A DNA stretch of 64,000 nt from Thermoplasmatales archaeon (GTDB lineage Archaea > Thermoplasmatota > Thermoplasmata > Thermoplasmatales > Thermoplasmataceae). The notes beneath the pieces are model-generated. The model saw only the letters and a program-made list of their open reading frames with translations. It was not told the origin of the DNA and did not search any database. The stretch's first letter is position 1, and each line of letters opens with the position of its first letter. The stretch spans positions 180,860-244,859 of the forward strand of contig DAIDBH010000006.1 in the NCBI GenBank assembly GCA_027310185.1, written 5' to 3'. Of this stretch, positions 19,771-29,790 are shown in pieces. A program made the translations under genes and the position numbers.

Positions 19771-20848
19771 TTATTAATCCCATATTCCTTATGTTTATTG
19801 CAGCATTCAGATCCCTGTCCATAGAAAGACCACACACATTGCAGTGATATATGCGATCCGACAGTTTCAAATCATGCTTGATGTTTCCGCATTTTGAGCA
19901 CATCTTTGATGAAGGATCGAATCTTCCAATCTCAATGAGGACCGCTTCCCCCCATTCGAGTTTATACGTTAGCATGGTCTTGAACAGATACAATCCCTGA
20001 TCTGCTATGCTTCTTGCAAGATGTTGGTTTCTTTGCATTCCCTGTATGTTTAAATCCTCAATTACAACAGTACCGTAATGCTTGGCTATCGCTGTTGATA
20101 CCTTGTGGTTGAAATCCGTTCTTGCATCCCTGATTTTCTGATTTATCTTCTGCACTTTCACTATCTGCTTCTTCCTGTTTTTCGATCCTTTTCTTTTCCT
20201 TGATAACCTCCGCTGTTCTCTTTTTAACTTCTTTTCACTTTTCCTCAATGCATTAAGCGGTTCAACCTGCAATTTATCCGATGTGGTTAGGAATGCCTTG
20301 ATTCCCATGTCTATGCCGATGATGGCATCTCCTTTAGATAACTTCTCATCAGTTTCATGCTGGATAAATGCATAGTAGCGTTCAACATCTTTAGTTACAA
20401 TAACCTGCTTTATATCGGCTGGAAATGTAGATTCGTCTCTGTACTCTATGCCTTCCATGAATTTTTTGATAATCAGCTTGTTTCCGTCTGTTTTGAATCC
20501 TGATGGTATTATGAAATACTGGTTATCCTTTTTTGATCTGAATTTCGGATAACTGGCATTATGCTTGAAAAACGACTTGAATGCCATGTCCAGCTTTACA
20601 AGGGAGTGTTGAAGGCTCTGAGAATTGATTTCGTTCAACCATGTTAACCCCTTCTTCAATGTCGTTAACATCTTCATGGTATCGAAACCTGATAATCCCC
20701 TCTTTTTGTCGTTCTTATGCTCAGCAAAGTACTTGTTTCTCACTTCGAGAAAATGATTCCATACAAAGCGGCATGACCCAAAGTGCTTTTCCAGAAGAAC
20801 CGTCTGTTCTACATTTGGGTATAAACGCACCTTGAGGATTTTAATCAT
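19679..20848 (-). CDS. tnpB: RNA-guided endonuclease TnpB
   Basis: N-terminal HTH (RLYPN..Q...FGSCRFVWN); RuvC triad IGIDMG / VIEDL / DRDLNAA; CxxC...CxxC zinc finger; FTPVE tail. Confidence 0.96.
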   Translation of the reverse strand: MIKILKVRLYPNVEQTVLLEKHFGSCRFVWNHFLEVRNKYFAEHKNDKKRGLSGFDTMKMLTTLKKGLTWLNEINSQSLQHSLVKLDMAFKSFFKHNASYPKFRSKKDNQYFIIPSGFKTDGNKLIIKKFMEGIEYRDESTFPADIKQVIVTKDVERYYAFIQHETDEKLSKGDAIIGIDMGIKAFLTTSDKLQVEPLNALRKSEKKLKREQRRLSRKRKGSKNRKKQIVKVQKINQKIRDARTDFNHKVSTAIAKHYGTVVIEDLNIQGMQRNQHLARSIADQGLYLFKTMLTYKLEWGEAVLIEIGRFDPSSKMCSKCGNIKHDLKLSDRIYHCNVCGLSMDRDLNAAINIRNMGLIKIGQDMSKFTPVESATAAELSKGGLRVATL

Positions 20849-20965
20849 TACTTACACAGTCACACAAATACCAATAAACTTTCACAATTCATCTCCTCCC
20901 TGAAGGTCGGAGCTTTCTTGCTCAGATTATTGTAAAATTTATAATAGGGTTGATTATATGCACCG

Positions 20966-23425
20966 GTGGGTAAGTTAACATCATACTTATTGGGACTTGG
21001 AATCGTTTTATTCTCAAGCTATTATTATCTAACTGTCTATTACAGTCCTCTGATCCAATGGATAGGACCGTCCCTTGGGACCCCTTTTGTTATAATTTCA
21101 GGACTTTTATTGTTTCTCCTTGGGAATCCATTAAAGGAGACTATATTGATTCCCATATTTATACTGACTGGCATTGCAATTGGAATAGGGGCAAGAAAGG
21201 GCAGAAAAGCCTTTGTATCAACCATTTCTATATATGCATCAATACTGACAGTAATGGGTATTTCGCTGTATTTCATACTGTTCAATGAAACCAGCGCAAT
21301 CAGTTCATTGTTGAAACTATCTACCTCAACCTCGGTAAGCGGTGTAACTAATTCAGGTCTCCCTCCAATTCCAAAGGGAAGCTCAATGACTGCTATTCTT
21401 TCTGAGCCATTGGTACAAAGGATACTCAGTACAATTTCCTCTTTCCTTGGAAAAGGTACTTCTAATCCACTCTCCGGTTCGTCAGGTTCATTTTCAGCTT
21501 CCTCCATAAGTACAATAGTGTCAACATACGGGCCGATTATCTTCAAAGAGTTACTTATACAGGCAATCGAAGACTTCCTGATTGTTGCCATAGTTGCTAT
21601 GCTCGTTGGATATCTAATTAATAGATATGCAAAGAGAGAGAAGAAGGCTCCTGCAAAGACCGGGAATACTGAGCAGGTTAAGGAAACGAAGGAAACTGCT
21701 AAAATGGCAGCAATAGTCATACTGACACTACTTGTCATAATTTCATTTTCTGTACCCATTATGCATTCAGGTAATCAAAGTAATAATAGAGGTGATGTGG
21801 CGCAAACTACATTAGAACAGTCATTTGCGACAGGTTTTATTACAAATGTCCTCCATACCGATTCTAGCTTGAATTCGCGTGGTAACAGTTCGTATTCCTT
21901 CGCCGGTGGTTTTATTGGTAAAACTGGGTCACAGTATGGCGTGTATGGGAGTATGCAAGCTAACAGCAGCTCAGGAAGCGAACTTATGGCTGCAAATTCA
22001 ACAATTCTGTCCGCATATTTTGTCACATACAACGTTTCTAATCTGTTGTCTCAATTAGGTATTGATAACCTGTATCATGCTACTGACTTCAATTCAAATG
22101 AGTTAACCCAGGTTTTCAACCTGCTCCCGGAAGGAATGATTCTGTTTATCACTGATGGTTATTCAAATTCTCAGCAGTCTTCCACCTATTCATCAGCTAA
22201 AGATTTTGTGTCATCGGTAGGAGGCAGTTCACTAAATTCAGTCCTGGCATTGAATCTCAGCCTGAGCAGTCTTAATATACCGGATGTTGGGATTTATTTA
22301 TTCTCATTCACTCCTGATTACAGGAATATTGAGAACAAACTGGTAGAAAATAATGGTGCATTCTATGGAAATACTCAGTCTAGCTTGATCCTTAAGAGTT
22401 CTATTCAGGACGGAAATCTAAGTTCAGTAACAGCAGATGGTCCTATTGATTCATTTGTGATGATGGGTGGAAGTATCCATTCAAGCGAAATAACTTCAGA
22501 TCTGTCCAGCTTTTCAGGACTGTCTACACTTTTTAATTCTAAATCCGATTTTACCTTCTCTCTTTCTATTTTTGAACAGAATCACGTATATACGTCCTCA
22601 GGAAACAAACATACGTTTACCCTGGCCAAACTGATAAACTATGATCACAGTCTTAACTTCTCAGGAACTCCTGAGTCTTTAATTGTAACAGGATTCCCGG
22701 TGGAAATGAATAATGTAAACAAGTATGAATTCTACAGTTACACTAACAACAAATCACTTGCCAGTGAAGTAGACTTCGGCAACTATGCCAAAGTGGTAAA
22801 TACAACGGGCATGATTAATCCGGATGAAGTGAATTATGTTACAAATGCAAATTTCCCGGCTAAACTGGAGGTTTCAGATAGAATATCCAACATAACTGCA
22901 AACGAACATGCTGTTTCCATAGGAGTTACGAACAGGGACACAGATACACTCACGAACCTGTCTATAAATGAAACTGGATTTGTGGGAGAGTACGGAAATT
23001 CCATTCACATAATTTCCGGATCGACTGAAAGTTCAACTTATGCAAAACTATCTCCAGGAAATACGCTGTATCTTAATTTTACAGTAATAACCAGGAATCC
23101 AGGATTCTATACACTTGGAAATCCAATAGTGAGCTATGAAAACAATAACACTAAGGAGAATACAACTGGACCTTTGGTCGGTTTTTCTGTAGCTGATCCA
23201 CCCGTTCAGGACGCGGTAAATAACTTACTTTATTTCTATGTTGACATGGATGCGGGCTCGCTCGTGCCACAGCTGAAGATATTATTAACACCCCTTGTTG
23301 GCTACTTCTATCTTTTCGACCTGATAGTTGTCCTCGTCGTGATTGCGGACCTGTATTTAGAAATCAGGGCATTCAGGAGATGGAGAGCGAAGAAAAAGAA
23401 TATGCCCACAGGCGGTGGAAATTAA
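20966..23425 (+). CDS. Large membrane protein: N-terminal TM bundle, large S/T/N-rich extracellular domain, C-terminal TM
   Basis: Long ORF; hydropathy pattern; Ig-like C-terminal stretch (NRDTDTLTNLSINET...LSPGNT). Confidence 0.7.
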   Translation: MGKLTSYLLGLGIVLFSSYYYLTVYYSPLIQWIGPSLGTPFVIISGLLLFLLGNPLKETILIPIFILTGIAIGIGARKGRKAFVSTISIYASILTVMGISLYFILFNETSAISSLLKLSTSTSVSGVTNSGLPPIPKGSSMTAILSEPLVQRILSTISSFLGKGTSNPLSGSSGSFSASSISTIVSTYGPIIFKELLIQAIEDFLIVAIVAMLVGYLINRYAKREKKAPAKTGNTEQVKETKETAKMAAIVILTLLVIISFSVPIMHSGNQSNNRGDVAQTTLEQSFATGFITNVLHTDSSLNSRGNSSYSFAGGFIGKTGSQYGVYGSMQANSSSGSELMAANSTILSAYFVTYNVSNLLSQLGIDNLYHATDFNSNELTQVFNLLPEGMILFITDGYSNSQQSSTYSSAKDFVSSVGGSSLNSVLALNLSLSSLNIPDVGIYLFSFTPDYRNIENKLVENNGAFYGNTQSSLILKSSIQDGNLSSVTADGPIDSFVMMGGSIHSSEITSDLSSFSGLSTLFNSKSDFTFSLSIFEQNHVYTSSGNKHTFTLAKLINYDHSLNFSGTPESLIVTGFPVEMNNVNKYEFYSYTNNKSLASEVDFGNYAKVVNTTGMINPDEVNYVTNANFPAKLEVSDRISNITANEHAVSIGVTNRDTDTLTNLSINETGFVGEYGNSIHIISGSTESSTYAKLSPGNTLYLNFTVITRNPGFYTLGNPIVSYENNNTKENTTGPLVGFSVADPPVQDAVNNLLYFYVDMDAGSLVPQLKILLTPLVGYFYLFDLIVVLVVIADLYLEIRAFRRWRAKKKNMPTGGGN

Positions 23426-23853
23426 TTATTTTCCACGTATAATTTTTCTTTTATGAAGTTGTAGGCTTTAGTGATTATGTTTTTCTGATTATCGAACTTC
23501 AGAAACTTTAAAGTTTCCTCGTAGTTTAGCCAAACATAGGCTTCGTGCTCGTCTGATGTTTTTACCTTTATGTTCTTATCAACTTCCCCGAGAAACAGGG
23601 TTAGATCCTTATGGATGTTGTTCTTGTCATAATAGAAATAGTAATCTGTCTTCTCTTCAAACCCGGGTATTATCTTGCACTCTATTCCTGTCTCCTCGAG
23701 CGTCTCCCTGAGTGCTGCATCTGTCTTATTTTCTCCCTTTTCTATATGTCCCTTTGGAAAATCCAAATTACCATCCTTTTTCATCAGGAATAGAAACTGA
23801 ATTTCGTTCATTCTTCTGAAAATAACTATTCCGGAACTACTTTCGTGAACCAT
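23422..23853 (-). CDS. Nudix Ap4A hydrolase (bis(5'-nucleosyl)-tetraphosphatase)
   Basis: FPKGHIEKGE...AALRETLEETG; SDEH..Y.W. Confidence 0.85.
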   Translation of the reverse strand: MVHESSSGIVIFRRMNEIQFLFLMKKDGNLDFPKGHIEKGENKTDAALRETLEETGIECKIIPGFEEKTDYYFYYDKNNIHKDLTLFLGEVDKNIKVKTSDEHEAYVWLNYEETLKFLKFDNQKNIITKAYNFIKEKLYVENN

Positions 23854-23967
23854 TGTTAAGTATTACATGTTATTATAAAATGTTGATTTATATCAATTGC
23901 AGAAAATCAATGTCAGGACTATATAGATTCACAATTAATTTATGTATTCAGGGCATTATGGGTCTGT

Positions 23968-25218
23968 ATGGATCAGAGGCAAAGGGATTTCTTCACACTT
24001 GACGATTTCGACTTTAGCGGAAAGACTGTTCTTTTAAGGCTGGATCTGAACTCGCCAATACATCCAGTGACAAATGAGATTATGAGTGATACGAGATTCA
24101 GATCTCATCTTCCAACAATCGAGCGTTTGAAAGGTTCAAAACTGGTTATTCTTGCTCACCAGAGCAGACCTGGAAAGACCGATTTTACTTCACTGTTGAA
24201 TCATGCAAGGAAACTTGAAAGGTTGCTTGGTCGCAGAGTCAGGTATATTGATTCACTCTACGGTTCAAGCGCCATATCGGCAATTAAGCAGATGTCAAAT
24301 GGAGAAATACTGATGCTGGAGAATACCAGATTTTTCTCAGAGGATGTTGTTCTTGAGCCAGAGGATAAGGAAACCGTTGAAAATTCAAATTTTATCAGGA
24401 ATCTATCAGAAGTGTGTGATTATTTCGTGAATGATGCTTTCCCGGCTATCCACAGGTCCCAGACATCCCTCACAGGTTTCTCAAGGAAGATGCCCAACAT
24501 TGCAGGCCTCCTGATACAGAGGGAAACAGATGCCCTTAATGCGTTTCTCAAGGGAGACACAAGTAAAAATCTCGCCATACTTGCAGGCGCTAAAATTGAA
24601 GATTCCATCACTGTTGCAGAATCGTTCCTGCATAAGGGAACCGTTAATCATATAATCGTAGGTGGAGTTGTTGCAAATGCTTTCCTCTGGGCCTCTGGAT
24701 ATAAAATTGGCAAAAAGAATGAGGATTTCATTATAAAGAACAATAAGAAGTATGAAGCATACCTGAAGATATGCAGAGAACTACTTGAAAAATACCGTGA
24801 AAGGATCCTTATTCCAGATGATTTTGTCCTGAATCCTTCAAACAGGAGAGTTGAGAAAGGGGAGGAAATACCCGATGATCAGATACTTGCTGACATAAGC
24901 CTCAACAGTATAGCAATGTTCTCTGAGGAGATAAGAAAAGCAAAAAGTATATTCATAAATGGCCCAATGGGAATGTATGAAATTGAACAGTACAGCTTCG
25001 GAACGTTCGAGATCCTGAGAGAGGTGGCTGCATCAACCGCAATGAAAATAGCTGGAGGCGGTCATACAATTTCTGCAATTGAAGCCCTGAATATTCAGAA
25101 CAGGATAGATCACATCTCAACGGGTGGTGGGGCACTCATAAGCTATTTATCCGGTGAGCCAATGCCTGTACTTGAGTCATTGAGGGAAAGCAGGGAATAT
25201 TTTGAGAAGGTGGAATAA
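23968..25218 (+). CDS. pgk: Phosphoglycerate kinase
   Basis: RLDLNSP, AHQSRPG, LENTRF, NDAF.AIHR, HISTGGGA. Confidence 0.97.
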   Translation: MDQRQRDFFTLDDFDFSGKTVLLRLDLNSPIHPVTNEIMSDTRFRSHLPTIERLKGSKLVILAHQSRPGKTDFTSLLNHARKLERLLGRRVRYIDSLYGSSAISAIKQMSNGEILMLENTRFFSEDVVLEPEDKETVENSNFIRNLSEVCDYFVNDAFPAIHRSQTSLTGFSRKMPNIAGLLIQRETDALNAFLKGDTSKNLAILAGAKIEDSITVAESFLHKGTVNHIIVGGVVANAFLWASGYKIGKKNEDFIIKNNKKYEAYLKICRELLEKYRERILIPDDFVLNPSNRRVEKGEEIPDDQILADISLNSIAMFSEEIRKAKSIFINGPMGMYEIEQYSFGTFEILREVAASTAMKIAGGGHTISAIEALNIQNRIDHISTGGGALISYLSGEPMPVLESLRESREYFEKVE

Positions 25219-25635
25219 ATGGAAAATAACGAGAACAGAATTGATGTAAGGGAAGAACTGGAATTTCTGGAATCTTTTATAAATTCTTCAGAAAAGCAGA
25301 TAAATCTACTCACCCAGGGAATAGAAGACTATGGAAAAGCACTCAGCGTATTACAGTCAAAGGAAGTATCAGAATCATCAGAAAACCTGATATCACTGGG
25401 AGGAGGTGTTTTTGCCAAGGGGAGAATAGAAAGAGAGAAGGAAGTAATGGTAGCCATAGGCTCTGACATCTTCATAGAAGAAAAGCCAGAAATAACAATA
25501 GAACGTCTCAAGGGACAGATAGAGGAAGTCAGGAAATCACTCCAGAGCATGAACGACCAGCGAGCTGAAGCACTCAGAAGATATCAGGCTATAGTTCAAT
25601 CAATCAATTCAGGCCAGAAAGAAGATGTCTCTTAG
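25219..25635 (+). CDS. pfdA: Prefoldin alpha subunit
   Basis: Coiled coils flanking LISLGGGVF...VAIGSDIFIE beta hairpins; upstream of ftsY. Confidence 0.9.
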   Translation: MENNENRIDVREELEFLESFINSSEKQINLLTQGIEDYGKALSVLQSKEVSESSENLISLGGGVFAKGRIEREKEVMVAIGSDIFIEEKPEITIERLKGQIEEVRKSLQSMNDQRAEALRRYQAIVQSINSGQKEDVS

Positions 25636-26485
25636 AGAGAAACTTGGAAATCTTTTCAGAGGGAGCAAGGACGAGATAGAGCTATCCAGATTCAGGGATG
25701 AGTATTTTGAAATACTGCTTGAATCAGATGTTTCCCTTGAAACGGTTGAATATATACTGGATATATTTGAAAAGAAACATTTAAAACAGAAAAGACTCAA
25801 CAGAATAGAGGCTATTGAGAGTCTCAAAGAAATACTGCTTGAAATTCTTCAAAAAGCTAAGCCGGAAATAAATCTCATTGATATGAACAAGAAGCCTTTA
25901 ATTGTAATGTTTCTTGGTATTAATGGAACCGGAAAGACCACCACAATCGCCAGACTTTCATACATGCTTAAGAATAAGGGAAAAACTGTGGTGGTTGCTG
26001 CCTCGGATACTTTCAGGGCAGGGGCCATAGAACAGATAAGATATCACGGTGAAGAGCTTGGAATACGTGTAATATCCCAAACAATGGGAAGTGACCCTTC
26101 TGCAATAGCATTCGATGCCATTGAGCATGCGAGAGCGAGAAACCTGGATTTTGTTTTGATTGATACTGCAGGGAGGATGCAGACAAACAGGAATCTGATG
26201 GATGAGATGAGAAAGATAAAGCGTGTTGCAAAGCCTGACCTGACATTCCTTACGGTGGATGCAATGGCTGCAAGTGATGCCATAGAGCAGGCTACCACGT
26301 TTCTGAAAGACATAAAGTTTGATGGCATAGTTGTAAACAAGCTTGATACCGATGCAAGAGGCGGTGCCATATTTTCCATAGCACACATGTTTAAGGAACC
26401 GATCTATTTTCTAGGTATAGGTCAAAAGATGGAAGACCTCATTCCATATGATCCCCAGTTTATTATTAAAAAAATATTTGGTTGA
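25625..26485 (+). CDS. ftsY: SRP receptor FtsY
   Basis: GINGTGKTTT, DTFRAGAIEQ, DTAGR, KLDTDARGG. Confidence 0.96.
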   Translation: MSLREKLGNLFRGSKDEIELSRFRDEYFEILLESDVSLETVEYILDIFEKKHLKQKRLNRIEAIESLKEILLEILQKAKPEINLIDMNKKPLIVMFLGINGTGKTTTIARLSYMLKNKGKTVVVAASDTFRAGAIEQIRYHGEELGIRVISQTMGSDPSAIAFDAIEHARARNLDFVLIDTAGRMQTNRNLMDEMRKIKRVAKPDLTFLTVDAMAASDAIEQATTFLKDIKFDGIVVNKLDTDARGGAIFSIAHMFKEPIYFLGIGQKMEDLIPYDPQFIIKKIFG

Positions 26486-26568
26486 GAATTCCAAAGTACT
26501 ATAAACTTCAATCATAGAATGAATATGCTAACACTGTGAAATGTTGTTGTATATTTGAATTCAAAGAC

Positions 26569-27294
26569 TCATTTTATGTTTGATATTAGCCTGGAAATTT
26601 CATCTGTATCCATTTCGGTTGTTATGAGTGGTATATTTTCAACTTCTGAAAGTTTGATTGCCAGTTCATCAACACGATCTGCCTTTACGTAGACAACTGC
26701 AGCAGGCTTCAGTGGGTGTACCCTGATGGCGATCATGGGACTTCTTCCCATCTTTACATCAGTAAAGAATATGACTCTCTGACTGGACCATCCATAGAGG
26801 AGACTATACTCACTGTAAGAAAATGAAAGTATTGCCTTCACCCCGTTGACTATTGTGTACCCCCTTACATACCTGTCAGTTGGTGCTCCTGACACTGATA
26901 CACCCTTTATCTTATTGATGATTGTTTTAAGATTTATATCCCGATCATAATCCCTTATGTCGATGAGGGCTTCGTATGGCACGCCAGACCGGTATCGTCT
27001 CAGTATTGTGCCTCCATGTTTTGTCTCTATTCTTATCATTGCAGAAACAAATTTTCTTATTGTATTGACACCAGGCGACTGCCTCCTGCCAGTTTCATAA
27101 TCACTTATCATCGAAAGGCTGACATTCATCTCCCTTGCAAGTTCGCTTTTGGTTATGGAAAATTCTTCCCTCCATTTCTTGAGAGTTTCATTTGGAGTCT
27201 CAGACAGAACTATTTCCCCAGCTATCTTTTCTTCTACGTTCACAACCGCTGATGATTTTATTTTATTTATATTTGTCGAATTGATATTCGACAA
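26569..27294 (-). CDS. Archaeal XRE-type HTH regulator (COG1709-like)
   Basis: KIAGEIVLS..P..TLKKWRE, SDYETGRR.SPG, GRSPMIAIRV. Confidence 0.85.
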   Translation of the reverse strand: MSNINSTNINKIKSSAVVNVEEKIAGEIVLSETPNETLKKWREEFSITKSELAREMNVSLSMISDYETGRRQSPGVNTIRKFVSAMIRIETKHGGTILRRYRSGVPYEALIDIRDYDRDINLKTIINKIKGVSVSGAPTDRYVRGYTIVNGVKAILSFSYSEYSLLYGWSSQRVIFFTDVKMGRSPMIAIRVHPLKPAAVVYVKADRVDELAIKLSEVENIPLITTEMDTDEISRLISNIK

Positions 27295-27298
27295 TAGT

Positions 27299-28165
27299 CT
27301 AAACTTTTTGTCCGTGAAGCAATGATTTCATCAGGAGGCTTATATGACCAGCTTCCTGCATTCTTCTCACTGAATATTGAATCCATTTCTGCCCGAATGG
27401 AATGTAGGAGAAAGCCATCTTGCCTCTTTTCTGAAGATCAATAAGGTACTGATTCCTGATTCCATTAAGCATTCCGTACCAGACCTCTTTCTTATGTTCC
27501 TCGCTTAATTCTACTGCTTTCTCTATCATAAGCTCGTCGTGACTTGCAACCATAAACATTTTTGTGTTTTCAAACATATAGACTAAAATATCCTCATAAT
27601 TCTTATTGATCTCATCTTTCGTCTTGAATGCCACCTTTTCGTCCTCTGTATAAGCTCCCTTTACCAGCCTGAATATTCCACCCTCACTGGAAAGTGTCTC
27701 CACATCCTTTTTTGTCCTCCTGAGGTATGATTGGACACATAGACCAACGTTACCTGTCGAAATCTGGCTTCTATAGAGCTCTATGGTTTTGTCTACAAGT
27801 TCAGATTCTTCCATGTCTATCCACGTGAAAATATTTTTTTCCTTAGCCTTGCTGACTATTCTCTCAAGGTTTTTCTTTGCAAGGTCAGGACTCACTGATA
27901 GACCAATTTGAGTTGGCTTTATGGATATTTGGAACTTTTCATCTCCAGCATCGATCTTGTCAAGAATCCTGATATAAATACCAGTTGCTTCCTCTATATC
28001 GTTTGAATCTGTGAGTGCCTCTCCCAGATAATTGAATATGGCCCCAATTCCAATTTTCCTGAATCTCTCCCCTCTAGTTATGGCGTCATCGACAGATGGC
28101 CCAGCAATCCATTTTCCAGCCAATAATTTTTCCATGAACCCGTTAAACATTAAGATCATGAACAA
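27299..28165 (-). CDS. Proline dehydrogenase (monofunctional); start may be downstream
   Basis: IAG, LGE, SIKPTQIGL, IDME, QSYLRRT, RLVKGAY.E, ASHD, YSVRRMQE. Confidence 0.92.
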   Translation of the reverse strand: MFMILMFNGFMEKLLAGKWIAGPSVDDAITRGERFRKIGIGAIFNYLGEALTDSNDIEEATGIYIRILDKIDAGDEKFQISIKPTQIGLSVSPDLAKKNLERIVSKAKEKNIFTWIDMEESELVDKTIELYRSQISTGNVGLCVQSYLRRTKKDVETLSSEGGIFRLVKGAYTEDEKVAFKTKDEINKNYEDILVYMFENTKMFMVASHDELMIEKAVELSEEHKKEVWYGMLNGIRNQYLIDLQKRGKMAFSYIPFGQKWIQYSVRRMQEAGHISLLMKSLLHGQKV

Positions 28166-28363
28166 AATGACAAAGATGTTATTATCCCTTTTCTATCCTT
28201 TAAAACCGTTATCCACTATTCATGTTAACCACCTGGCTCTTCATTAGTTTTAGTTCTTAGTGCTGTCATAACTAAGGAGTAACATGATAGTGAAAATTCC
28301 ACTCAAACGATGAGGTTTAGTGTCAATGTGACAATCTTTAAACCTATCTCTCTATGCTGCTCT

Positions 28364-28747
28364 ATGTACAGAAAGATTTATTCGACTCTTGTTTTATTAT
28401 CAGCACTCAGCCTTTTAATTGGTTCACTCTCACTCAGGTTGGGTAATCTTGTGCCAGAAAGCCTGACTGGCCTTACCATATTTGCCATAATTATACTGAT
28501 TTCATATGGTATCCTGCTGCTGTATTTTGATGGCAGCAGATTCCAGTTTATTGGCGTTATTCTTGCTATTATTTCCTTCCTCATTTCTTCAAACACTGCT
28601 CATTTTAACGGATTGACAGATTTTTACTCCTCCAAATATTTAGGAATTGCTGACATAACGATGATTACCGGTTTCTATGTATTTCCTGCAGCCTACATAA
28701 TATTCTGGATAAAAAGTAATTTTAACAGGGTGACAATACACAGATAA
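28364..28747 (+). CDS. Small 4-TM membrane protein
   Basis: Hydrophobic ORF coupled to the next gene (TAATG); start reassigned to MYRKIY after a TTTAAA box. Confidence 0.65.
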   Translation: MYRKIYSTLVLLSALSLLIGSLSLRLGNLVPESLTGLTIFAIIILISYGILLLYFDGSRFQFIGVILAIISFLISSNTAHFNGLTDFYSSKYLGIADITMITGFYVFPAAYIIFWIKSNFNRVTIHR

Positions 28748-29478
28748 TGGTAACCGGTATAATTACAGCGGCCGGTCTTGGCACGAGATCCGGACTCGAC
28801 GGGAAATTCAGAAAAGAACTGTTGCCGATTTATGATAGAATCGATGATAGACTTGTTCTTAGACCGGTCATCGACGTTGTTTATCGAAGACTCAGGAAGT
28901 ATGGTTGTAATAAGATAATACTTGTACTTGATCCGGCAGACCAGATGAGCAAGCTGTATGTGGAGTCAAATTTTGAAGACTTTGAGATAGTTTTTCAGAA
29001 GGAAAAGAAGGGTTTCGGAAATGCAGTTTTTATTGCTGCGCAGGCTGCAGGGGATTCGGATTTTGTTCTTAATGCGGGTGATGGGGTGGTTGCAAACTCA
29101 TCCTATTACGAAACAATCTGCAATTCTGGATGTACTAACCTGAACATTTTCAGGGTAGATCACCCGGAGAAATATGGTAACGCTGTGCTGGATGAGAGCA
29201 GCAAAACTGTCTGGGAAGTGGTGGAAAAACCCCAGCATCCAAAGTCAAATTTTGCCATAGCAGCCCTGTATTTTTTCAAGAATGATTTTGTTCAATTTCT
29301 TGATCAGTCTACTGTGGAACTTACAGACTCAATAAACAATTACATAAAGGCAGGCAACAGAGTTTCATATAATATCATGGACAGAAATGACTGGATCAGC
29401 ATAGGCCGAAAGGATGAATATTATAAGGTACTTGAAAGGTCTTACAAGATTAGTGCGACAGAAAGTGGTTTGTGCTAA
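28747..29478 (+). CDS. Sugar-phosphate nucleotidyltransferase
   Basis: AAGLGTR..K.LLP, Q...KGFGNAV, VVEKP. Confidence 0.88.
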   Translation: MVTGIITAAGLGTRSGLDGKFRKELLPIYDRIDDRLVLRPVIDVVYRRLRKYGCNKIILVLDPADQMSKLYVESNFEDFEIVFQKEKKGFGNAVFIAAQAAGDSDFVLNAGDGVVANSSYYETICNSGCTNLNIFRVDHPEKYGNAVLDESSKTVWEVVEKPQHPKSNFAIAALYFFKNDFVQFLDQSTVELTDSINNYIKAGNRVSYNIMDRNDWISIGRKDEYYKVLERSYKISATESGLC

Positions 29479-29790
29479 TTTGAGCGAAATAACTCTTAAA
29501 CTTACAGTGAATTTGGATTACGACGTTTTATTAAGCATAAATTAAGTGCGTGAACAGTTAGAACCCACAAAAAAAATGCAATTATGAACGGCGAAAGTAA
29601 AGATTCATTATGAATAAAATGTGTGTGCCATGAATGTTATTCCACACTGTTACTGTGGAAGATGCTAAGATGTGGATTACTCTAGTTAAGATGTGTGGGA
29701 CAAAGCTATATGAAATAATGCCATTATGTCATTTGTAAACTAGAACATACCCTATGGAATCAATTATTAGATAAAAAAGTGAAAATGGGT

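Larger units (their letters stand above)
19639..20931 (-). mobile_element. IS200/IS605-family element, TnpB-only (IS1341-type)
   Basis: Minus strand: TTAC|AATAATCTGAGCAAGAAAG, left-end hairpin CTCCGACC-TTCA-GGGAGGAG, then tnpB, then right-end hairpin CTCC...GGAG followed by AGGATGTCAG; no tnpA. Confidence 0.85.

Noticed and set aside
21040-21759. Long antisense ORF (239 aa) and other antisense ORFs inside well-supported genes
   Set aside because: Fully nested opposite real genes; explained by codon-bias shadowing
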